Shown here piece by piece: positions 38,614-45,455 of a stretch of DNA of 45,455 bases. Origin of the DNA: an uncultured Rhodobacteraceae bacterium (GTDB lineage: Bacteria; Pseudomonadota; Alphaproteobacteria; Rhodobacterales; Rhodobacteraceae); NCBI GenBank assembly GCA_964195275.1, contig CAXMPY010000001.1, forward strand, positions 1 to 45,455. Reading direction: 5' to 3'. The position numbers and the translations under genes were made by a program. Below the pieces are notes generated by a model that saw only the letters and a program-made list of their open reading frames with translations, did not search any database and had not been told where the DNA came from. The stretch's first letter is position 1. Every line of letters starts with the position of its first letter.

Positions 38614-38995
38614 CGCAAAAACCTTGCCAACGATTACTCAAACTGTTCCCCGCCAAAAACAGTGGGGGAGGCTTAGATTACGGCAATTTCGTGCAAATTT
38701 GAATGATTTTGATCGGTAAAAGCGTGCGACCCAACCCAAACTCGCCAATAAGCTGTGTAGAATTTTGCCCTAATTCAGTCAGGTGATATCAAACCATTAG
38801 GAAACTTTAGCTTTAATATCTGACAATTAGTGGGAATAACGCCAAAATATTAAAGCCATCTTTTTTCAAAACAGCCGCAAGAAATTGATTGCTGAGAAAG
38901 ATTTTGGGCCAAATTCAATCTCGTCACATTCTCGCCGTATTTGTGAACAATTCGCCAAATTCGGACCGATTGGCCGGGTGCCATCGGCAGCAATA

Positions 38996-39033
38996 CAAAA
39001 AACCAAACCGGCAACGGCGTTAATCAGATGCCG
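38996..39033 (-). terminator. Possible terminator in the ychF 3' region
   Basis: On the minus strand, CGGCA / TGCCG (39009-39013 with 39029-39033) forms a 5-bp stem followed by GTTTGGTTTTTTG. The stem is weak and alternative pairings exist. Confidence 0.3.
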
Positions 39034-39110
39034 ATTTCGCCGCGAAAAGAAACAGGTTCACATCTTAGGTCGTTGGCATGATCTTGTGCGAAAATTACCC
39101 GGGGCTTTTT

Positions 39111-40208
39111 CTAGCCGCTGTGCAGAAAATGCATAACATCGCCATCTTTGACGACATAAGTTTTGCCTTCGGCCCGCATTTTTCCGGCGTCTTTTGCTGG
39201 CGCCTCACCACCTAAGGTTGCAAAATCGTCATAGGCGATGGTTTCAGCGCGTATAAATCCACGCTCAAAATCGCCGTGAATGACCCCGGCAGCGGCTGGG
39301 GCCAGCGTGCCCGCAGATATTGTCCAAGCCCGGGCCTCTTTGGGCCCGACCGTAAAAAAGGTTTGCAATTGCAACAGGTCATAGCCCGCGCGGATCAACC
39401 GATCCAAACCGGGCTCGTTCAACCCCATTTCATCCAGAAACATGTGCGCTTCGTCTGGGTCCAGTTGGCTGATTTCTTCTTCGATCTTGGCCGAAATGAC
39501 AATGGCCGCCGCACCCTGTTGGTCGGCCATTTGTGCAACTGCCCCCGAATGGCTGTTGCCCTGTGCCGCATCTGCCTCGTCAACATTACAGACGTATAGG
39601 ATCGGTTTGCTGGTCAATAGCTGAAGCATGCCCCAAGCACGCGTATCGTCTTCGGCAACTTCAACGGTGCGTGCCGGCTTGCCATCTTCCAGCACGCCAA
39701 GCGCTGCCCTTAACAGGCGTTCTTGCTGAACCGCTTCTTTGTCGCCGCCCCGAACTTTGCGCAAAATCCCCTGCAACCGCTTTTCAATCGATTCCATGTC
39801 TGCCAGCATCAGTTCGGTTTCAACCACTTGGGCGTCCGCTACCGGCTCACCTCGACCATCAACATGGGTCACATCGCTGTCTTCAAAACACCGCACCACA
39901 TGGCCGATGGCGTCGCATTCCCGAATATTGGCCAAAAACTGGTTGCCCAACCCTTCGCCCTTGGACGCGCCCTTGACCAAACCGGCAATGTCCACAAATG
40001 TCATCCGGTTTGGGATAATCTGCTTTGACCCAGCAATTTTCGCCAGTTTTCTGATCCGGTCATCTGGCACCGATACATCACCAATATTCGGTTCGATCGT
40101 GCAGAACGGAAAATTCGCGGCCTGCGCGGCAGCCGTGCGTGTTAACGCGTTGAACAGCGTTGATTTGCCAACGTTCGGTAATCCTACAATTCCGGTCTTA
40201 AAGCCCAT
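39111..40208 (-). CDS. ychF: Redox-regulated ribosome-binding ATPase YchF
   Basis: Starts MGFKTGIVGLPNVGKSTLFNALT at ATG 40208, giving 365 aa with the TGS-like C-terminus typical of YchF. Confidence 0.95.
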   Translation of the reverse strand: MGFKTGIVGLPNVGKSTLFNALTRTAAAQAANFPFCTIEPNIGDVSVPDDRIRKLAKIAGSKQIIPNRMTFVDIAGLVKGASKGEGLGNQFLANIRECDAIGHVVRCFEDSDVTHVDGRGEPVADAQVVETELMLADMESIEKRLQGILRKVRGGDKEAVQQERLLRAALGVLEDGKPARTVEVAEDDTRAWGMLQLLTSKPILYVCNVDEADAAQGNSHSGAVAQMADQQGAAAIVISAKIEEEISQLDPDEAHMFLDEMGLNEPGLDRLIRAGYDLLQLQTFFTVGPKEARAWTISAGTLAPAAAGVIHGDFERGFIRAETIAYDDFATLGGEAPAKDAGKMRAEGKTYVVKDGDVMHFLHSG

Positions 40209-40274
40209 GTTGGCCTCCTGATCAGTCAATACATGTCTGTGGTCGCAGCGCAGGCGCCGCAGCTTGGGGGCCTC

Positions 40275-41057
40275 TTAGCGGACTATTGGCAGATGTTCAT
40301 CTAAAAAACTGTGGTCATGTATTATCACCTGATTTTCGTCGATCAGCACAACACCGTAAGCTGGGTTTTCGGCGATAAACTCTGGTGTTGATCGTCCAAA
40401 ACGCAGGGCCGCTTGATGCACACAACCGCGCACGGTCGAAAACGGAATACCCTGCCAGGACCCGTGAACTGGGCGGTGTACATGGCCAAAGAACATGTGG
40501 CGAATATGGCTGAATTCCTGAAGTATCGCGAACATTTGCTCACCGTTTTCCATCTTCATGCCATCTAGCCAAGGAATGCCAATGTCAAAGGGCACATGGT
40601 GCATGAAAATGAACACCTTCCTGCCCTGTGATTTCGCCGCCTCCAGCCGGTCGCGCAACCAACCCAGTCGTTTTTCACACAAATGGCCACCGTCACCCGC
40701 AGTCAGGCTATCCAGTACAATGAACTGCCCGGCTTCGGTCTGAAAATCGTATTGCAGAAAGCCATCGGCATGCCAGGGCGCTTCGCCAAGCGAGGCCTGT
40801 GCAATGGCCCTGTCATCGTGATTTCCCAATAGCGGGTACCAGGGCATCGGTAGGCGATCCAGAATCGCGCGCCCTTCAAAATAAGCCGCCGACTCGCCCC
40901 GGTCGGACAGATCTCCTGTGACCATGCAAAATGCCGCGTCCGAAAAGTTCGTGCAAATACTATTAACTGCGGCGTCCAGCCGGGCACAAACATCAATATC
41001 GCGGATTGTCTGCGGTCGAGGCAAAATGTGGATATCAGACAGGTGGATAAATTTCAC
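40275..41057 (-). CDS. Metallophosphoesterase (CpdA-like phosphodiesterase family)
   Basis: Motifs HLSDIH, GDLSD, GNHD and FMHH are present. GTG 41057 is preceded by GGGAG; the ORF-track maximum is 41093. Confidence 0.8.
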   Translation of the reverse strand: MKFIHLSDIHILPRPQTIRDIDVCARLDAAVNSICTNFSDAAFCMVTGDLSDRGESAAYFEGRAILDRLPMPWYPLLGNHDDRAIAQASLGEAPWHADGFLQYDFQTEAGQFIVLDSLTAGDGGHLCEKRLGWLRDRLEAAKSQGRKVFIFMHHVPFDIGIPWLDGMKMENGEQMFAILQEFSHIRHMFFGHVHRPVHGSWQGIPFSTVRGCVHQAALRFGRSTPEFIAENPAYGVVLIDENQVIIHDHSFLDEHLPIVR

Positions 41058-41181
41058 TTTCCCGCTCCCTAGACGTGGTTGTAAACGGAACATTGGTCGG
41101 AGCGCCGGACTGCGTCAAGGCTAGCATTGCCTTCGCAGTGTTTTCGCGCCAAACCCGTCTGCGAGATTTGAAAGGACGACG

Positions 41182-41973
41182 ATGACCCGGATCGATCAGA
41201 AGTTCGCGCAGCTTAAGCGCGAGAATCGCAAGGCCTTTGTCAGTTACATTATGGCCGGTGATCCGGATTTTGACACGTCGCTAAAGATCGTCAAGGGCTT
41301 GCCGGATGCGGGCGTTGACATCATCGAACTGGGCTTGCCCTTTACCGACCCAATGGCCGATGGCCCGACCATTCAACTGGCCGGACAACGCGCACTGGCA
41401 AGCGGAATGACCCTGCAACGCACGCTGGATCTGGCAACCGAATTTCGCAAGGGCGACAACACGACGCCGATTGTATTGATGGGTTATTACAACCCGATCC
41501 ATTCGCGCGGCGTTGATGATTTTCTGAGCGCTGCAAAAACGGCTGGCATTGATGGCTTGATAATAGTTGACCTACCCCCGGAAGAGGATGACGAATTGTG
41601 CATCCCCGCACAAAATGCTGGTCTAAATTTCATTCGCCTTGCCACGCCAACGACCGATGACAAACGCCTGCCCCAGGTTCTGCAAAACACATCGGGGTTT
41701 GTGTATTACGTTTCGATCACCGGCATCACAGGTGCTGCGGCAGCACAAGCCAGCGATGTTGGCCCCGAAGTGGCGCGGATCAAAGCCAAAACTGATTTGC
41801 CAGTGGTGGTTGGGTTTGGCATCACCACACCCCAAAACGCCGAAAATATCGCCAGCATTGCTGATGGTTGTGTTGTCGGTTCTGCAATTGTCAGCCAGAT
41901 CGGCGACGGCAAAACCCCAAATCAAGTTCTGTCGTTCGTCAAAAGTCTAGCTGCCGGGGCGCACCGCGCCTAA
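41182..41973 (+). CDS. trpA: Tryptophan synthase alpha chain
   Basis: 263-aa ORF with the [18 protein letters not shown] motif of TrpA. Confidence 0.95.
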   Translation: MTRIDQKFAQLKRENRKAFVSYIMAGDPDFDTSLKIVKGLPDAGVDIIELGLPFTDPMADGPTIQLAGQRALASGMTLQRTLDLATEFRKGDNTTPIVLMGYYNPIHSRGVDDFLSAAKTAGIDGLIIVDLPPEEDDELCIPAQNAGLNFIRLATPTTDDKRLPQVLQNTSGFVYYVSITGITGAAAAQASDVGPEVARIKAKTDLPVVVGFGITTPQNAENIASIADGCVVGSAIVSQIGDGKTPNQVLSFVKSLAAGAHRA

Positions 41974-42036
41974 GCGTCCATTGCGCGCCCAGATCGGAAT
42001 TGGTAGATTTAGGCGACCAAAATCAAGGACCGGTCT

Positions 42037-43200
42037 ATGCCCGTCATAACAAACATCGAAGACCTTAGGCGAATGTATCAGCGCCGGGTCCCCAAAATGT
42101 TTTACGACTATTGCGAAAGCGGCAGTTGGACCGAACAAACATTTCGCGAAAATATCAGCGATTTTCAGGCATTGCGGCTGCGTCAACGGGTGGCGGTCGA
42201 TATGTCCGGGCGCAGTACCACCACCAAAATGGTCGGCCAGGACGTGGCGATGCCGGTGGCACTAGCCCCGGTTGGTCTGACAGGGATGCAAAGTGCTGAC
42301 GGCGAGATTAAGGCGGCGCGCGCTGCCGAAAAGTTCGGTGTACCCTTCTCGCTTTCCACCATGTCGATCTGTTCGATAGAAGATGTGGCCGAAAACACCG
42401 AAAAACCGTTTTGGTTTCAGGTTTACACCCTGCGCGATCAAGATTTCATGCGCCGCTTGTTAGATCGGGCCCGTGCGGCCCACTGTTCGGCCTTGGTCAT
42501 TACAGTTGATTTACAAATCATGGGGCAGCGCCACAAAGACCTGAAAAATGGCTTGTCAGCACCACCCAAGCTTACCGCAAAATCGATTGCCAATATGGCA
42601 ACCAAGGCACGTTGGGGCCTAGGCATGCTGGGGACCAAACGCCGGTTTTTCGGCAATATTGTCGGCCATGCTGCGGGCGTTACTGATCCTGCGTCGCTGT
42701 CGTCCTGGATATCAGAAGCGTTCGACCAATCGCTTAACTGGAAAAAAATCGAAACCATGATTTCGATGTGGGACGGCAAAGTCATATTGAAAGGCATTCT
42801 TGACGTTGAGGACGCAAAAATGGCTGTCAAAGTCGGGGCAGATGCCATTGTGGTATCAAATCACGGCGGGCGTCAGCTTGACGGCGCATCATCCTCTATT
42901 CGCGCCCTTTCCGACATTGTAGACGCTGTCGGAGACAGGATCGAAATTCACTTGGATGGCGGCATCCGATCCGGCCAGGACGTGCTGAAGGCCTGCGCGA
43001 TGGGGGCAAATGGCACCATGATCGGGCGCCCCTATATTTATGGTCTGGGTGCATTAGGAGAGGCGGGCGTGACCGCCGCGCTGGACATCATCCACAAAGA
43101 GCTCGATTTTTCAATGGCGCTGTGCGGGCACCGGGACATCAACACGATCAATGGTGAAATCTTACAGATACCAAAAGGATTCACCGGCGATTGGGAATAG
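42037..43200 (+). CDS. FMN-dependent alpha-hydroxy-acid dehydrogenase (L-lactate dehydrogenase-like)
   Basis: 387-aa ORF with the pattern of the LldD/glycolate oxidase family (VSNHGGRQLD, GGIRSG). Confidence 0.85.
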   Translation: MPVITNIEDLRRMYQRRVPKMFYDYCESGSWTEQTFRENISDFQALRLRQRVAVDMSGRSTTTKMVGQDVAMPVALAPVGLTGMQSADGEIKAARAAEKFGVPFSLSTMSICSIEDVAENTEKPFWFQVYTLRDQDFMRRLLDRARAAHCSALVITVDLQIMGQRHKDLKNGLSAPPKLTAKSIANMATKARWGLGMLGTKRRFFGNIVGHAAGVTDPASLSSWISEAFDQSLNWKKIETMISMWDGKVILKGILDVEDAKMAVKVGADAIVVSNHGGRQLDGASSSIRALSDIVDAVGDRIEIHLDGGIRSGQDVLKACAMGANGTMIGRPYIYGLGALGEAGVTAALDIIHKELDFSMALCGHRDINTINGEILQIPKGFTGDWE

Positions 43201-43290
43201 ACCCTTTTCAAGCCTAAAAGACTCGTCTATACGCGCCTCTTCATTTGGGCATGCACCCTTGGAGGATGCCCATCCAATAGGAGAATAACC

Positions 43291-43959
43291 ATGGCTGGAA
43301 AGATCCCAGATCTTAACGTCTTGGTACGCGCGGGGACAGGCAAGGGGGCCGCCCGCCAAGCTCGTAGAGCTGGCAACGTACCAGGCATCGTATATGGCGG
43401 CGGCGAAGACCCGCTTCCAATTCAAATCCCCTTTTACCCACTCTTGAAAATGCTCAAAGCTGGCCGGTTTTTGGCGACGCTTTTCAACCTTAAGGTTGAA
43501 GGTCAAGAAGACGTTCGCGTAATTTGCCGTAATGTGCAGCGCGATGTGGTCAAAGACTTGCCAACGCATTTGGACCTGATGCGCCTGAAACGGACAACAA
43601 AGATTGCGTTGTTCATTCCGGTGGAATTCATCAACGAAGAAGAATGCCCCGGCATCAAGCATGGTGGCGTGTTGACCGTTGTGCGTAACGAAGTTGAACT
43701 GGTCGTCACCGCCGGTGACATTCCGGAAAATCTGGTGGTTGATTTGGCTGAAAAAGATGTCGGCGACGTTTGCCACATCTCAGAAGTCGATATTCCAGAC
43801 GGCGCCAAACTGACCATCGACCGCGATTTCGTGATCGCCAACATTTCGGCTCCATCAGCGCTGCGGTCTGCAGATGATGAAGACGAGGATGACGTCGATA
43901 CAGAAGCAGTTGAAGGTGAAGAAGGCGAAGAAGCCGCGGAAGAAGCCGCGGAAGAATAG
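43291..43959 (+). CDS. rplY: 50S ribosomal protein L25 (general stress protein Ctc form)
   Basis: 222-aa ORF with the L25/Ctc N-terminus ([29 protein letters not shown]) and an acidic C-terminal tail. Confidence 0.9.
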   Translation: MAGKIPDLNVLVRAGTGKGAARQARRAGNVPGIVYGGGEDPLPIQIPFYPLLKMLKAGRFLATLFNLKVEGQEDVRVICRNVQRDVVKDLPTHLDLMRLKRTTKIALFIPVEFINEEECPGIKHGGVLTVVRNEVELVVTAGDIPENLVVDLAEKDVGDVCHISEVDIPDGAKLTIDRDFVIANISAPSALRSADDEDEDDVDTEAVEGEEGEEAAEEAAEE

Positions 43960-43986
43960 GGCTTTGCCTACGACAAACGACCAATT

Positions 43987-44015
43987 CACGGGGCCTTCGG
44001 GCCCCGTGTTTCGTT
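43987..44015 (+). terminator. Rho-independent terminator of rplY
   Basis: Perfect 9-bp stem CACGGGGCC / GGCCCCGTG (43987-43995 / 44000-44008) with a UUCG tetraloop, followed by TTTCGTT. Confidence 0.85.
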
Positions 44016-44049
44016 GGCGCTGCGGCACAATCAATCAAAGGAGCCATCT

Positions 44050-44283
44050 GTGAAAAAACGACAACTCACTTCGGTGTTCGAGATATTTGGATCAGGTCTT
44101 GCCATCATCTATGCCCTGCTTATCGCGTCAAACACCGGCAGCGAACTGCTTGGTTTTACACTGCTTCTATTCTCGGCTGGTCTGTTCGCCGCCTGGGCAA
44201 TCATTGATAAACGCTGGGCGTTTCTTTTGCTTCAGTTCTTTTACGCCATGTCAGCGATCATTGGCTTGATCCGCTGGGCTTAA
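44050..44283 (+). CDS. Small membrane protein (77 aa, 2-3 TM), function unknown
   Basis: Hydrophobic ORF. GTG 44050 is preceded by AAGGAG with a 6-nt spacer, so it is preferred over the ORF-track start at 44014. Confidence 0.5.
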   Translation: MKKRQLTSVFEIFGSGLAIIYALLIASNTGSELLGFTLLLFSAGLFAAWAIIDKRWAFLLLQFFYAMSAIIGLIRWA

Positions 44284-44395
44284 ATATAGCAAGCAAAGCG
44301 TTGCCCCCTTGCCAACCCGTTCTGCAATTTCACCGCTTTCTTCCACCCGTTTCAATCCGGTATGGTAGCGCGACACCTTTAAGCTGAGTTTTGAA

Positions 44396-45076
44396 ATGCA
44401 ACTTTTCGTCGGCCTCGGCAATCCGGGCGCAAAATACACCAATAACCGGCACAATGTCGGCTATATGGTGGTGGACAGCATCGCCGCTGATCACGGGTTT
44501 GCGCCGTGGCGTGCCAAGTTTGATGGCCAGATATCCGAGGGCAAATTAGGTAGCGAAAAGATCATGCTGCTAAAGCCCGAAACTTTCATGAACCTGTCTG
44601 GTGAATCCGTGGGCAAAGCCATGCGGTTCTTTAAACTCGACAGCACTGACATCACAGTATTTCAGGATGAGATCGACCTGGCCCCCGGCAAATGCCGCGT
44701 TAAGGATGGTGGTGGGCATGCCGGCCATAACGGGCTGCGGTCGATGCACCAACATATCGGCCCGCATTATTCACGCGTTCGCATCGGGGTTGGGCATCCT
44801 GGGCACAAAGACAGGGTAGCCGGATATGTGTTGCACGATTTCGCCAAGGCCGATCTGGATTGGCTGGACGACACCCTGCGTGGCATTAGCGACGGTGCTG
44901 CCGATCTTGCGGCGGGCGATACCGGGCGTTTTCTGAACGCGGTCGGGCTGCGTCGGAACCCCGCAAAAGAAGCCAAACCTGCTAAACCCAAACCAAACCC
45001 AGCCCCGTCAGAACCATCTGCAGATACGGCTGATCGACGCAACCCAATGCAAAAGCTAATTGACCGTTTCCGCTGA
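44396..45076 (+). CDS. pth: Peptidyl-tRNA hydrolase
   Basis: 226-aa ORF MQLFVGLGNPGAKYTNNRHNVGYMVVD... with a basic/Pro-rich C-terminal extension. Confidence 0.95.
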   Translation: MQLFVGLGNPGAKYTNNRHNVGYMVVDSIAADHGFAPWRAKFDGQISEGKLGSEKIMLLKPETFMNLSGESVGKAMRFFKLDSTDITVFQDEIDLAPGKCRVKDGGGHAGHNGLRSMHQHIGPHYSRVRIGVGHPGHKDRVAGYVLHDFAKADLDWLDDTLRGISDGAADLAAGDTGRFLNAVGLRRNPAKEAKPAKPKPNPAPSEPSADTADRRNPMQKLIDRFR

Positions 45077-45092
45077 CAAAGAAGGCGCAGAT

Positions 45093-45455
45093 ATGCCCCC
45101 TGAGAAAGACCCATCGCTTAATGTTTTCGGTGAACCATTGTCGCCCTGTTCACTGGACCCAATGACCGGTTATTTCCGCAACGGCGCTTGCGATACCTGC
45201 ACGCAGGATGTTGGCAGCCATACGGTCTGCGCTGTAATGACAGCCGAATTTCTGGCCTATTCAAAATATTTTGGCAATGATCTGTCGACGCCTCGCCCGG
45301 AATACGGCTTTGTAGGCCTGAAACCCGGTGACAATTGGTGCCTATGCGCCAGCCGTTTTTTACAAACCCATGACGAGGGCTGCGCACCACAAGTGAATTT
45401 GGAAGCGACGCATATCCGCGCACTTGAAGTTGTTCCCCTTGAAGCATTACTGGCC
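45093..45455 (+). CDS. DUF2237-family protein (3' end at or beyond the window edge)
   Basis: Not in the ORF track because no stop falls inside the window. From ATG 45093 it reads MPPEKDPSLNVFGEPLSPCSLDPMTGYFRNGACDTCTQDVGSHTVCAVMTAEFLAYSKYFGNDLSTPRPEYGFVGLKPGDNWCLCASRF..., the conserved DUF2237 pattern. Confidence 0.75.
   Translation, partial: MPPEKDPSLNVFGEPLSPCSLDPMTGYFRNGACDTCTQDVGSHTVCAVMTAEFLAYSKYFGNDLSTPRPEYGFVGLKPGDNWCLCASRFLQTHDEGCAPQVNLEATHIRALEVVPLEALLA

Noticed and set aside
38885-39136. 83-aa plus-strand ORF in the AT-rich spacer
   Set aside because: It is a basic, low-complexity translation with no RBS, and it runs antisense into the ychF 3' end. It is most likely spurious.
41182-41973. 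trpA standing alone without an adjacent trpB
   Set aside because: Split trp gene organisation is common in alphaproteobacteria. The gene looks intact and nothing in the sequence suggests an anomaly.

Overview
This 45.5-kb window looks like ordinary chromosomal core from an alphaproteobacterium. Gene content, synteny and a Hint_2-type protein suggest a Rhodobacterales or roseobacter-like organism of moderate GC; that assignment is inference only. I call about 47 protein-coding genes, almost all housekeeping.

Gene order, start to end:
- xseA (partial) divergent from purD
- a ferredoxin coupled to a secreted VCBS/FG-GAP protein
- the envelope quality-control cluster hflK-hflC-DUF2065-degP
- gor, rpiA, sdaA, a DMT transporter and thiamine pyrophosphokinase
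- a 621-aa highly acidic conserved protein
- purA-DUF2842, secG-pyrG, and TerB-like plus PhnD-like genes
- a polar amino-acid/opine-type ABC operon followed by a DegT-family aminotransferase, then a LysR regulator
- a complete PHA locus (phaZ divergent from phaC-phaP-phaR)
- two alpha/beta hydrolases and thrS
- a small accessory-looking patch at about 35.4-39.1 kb: a Hint/BIL-domain protein, a small membrane gene, an ArsC-family gene, cspA, an unresolved stretch, a 199-aa orphan and a 497-bp AT-rich spacer
- ychF, a metallophosphoesterase, trpA, lldD-like, rplY, a small membrane protein, pth and a partial DUF2237 gene

I found no tRNA or rRNA genes, CRISPR arrays, transposases, integrases or recognisable defence systems, and I cannot support a claim of a new multi-gene system.

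Most notable observations:
1. An in-frame TGA sits exactly at the conserved zinc-ligand cysteine codon of the essential thrS gene.
2. A hairpin just upstream of the thrS Shine-Dalgarno has a 5-bp stem and a 7-nt loop (UUCGUAG). It has the geometry and sequence of a tRNA-Thr anticodon arm, so it is a possible autoregulatory operator.
3. The pha intergenic regions carry a perfect 14-bp inverted repeat and GCAG-rich motifs, which are candidate PhaR operators.
4. The accessory patch shows apparent gene decay: a 1-nt frameshift in a small membrane gene and an unresolved two-frame ORF pair after cspA.

All product calls rest on my own recognition of the translated sequences. No database search was run.
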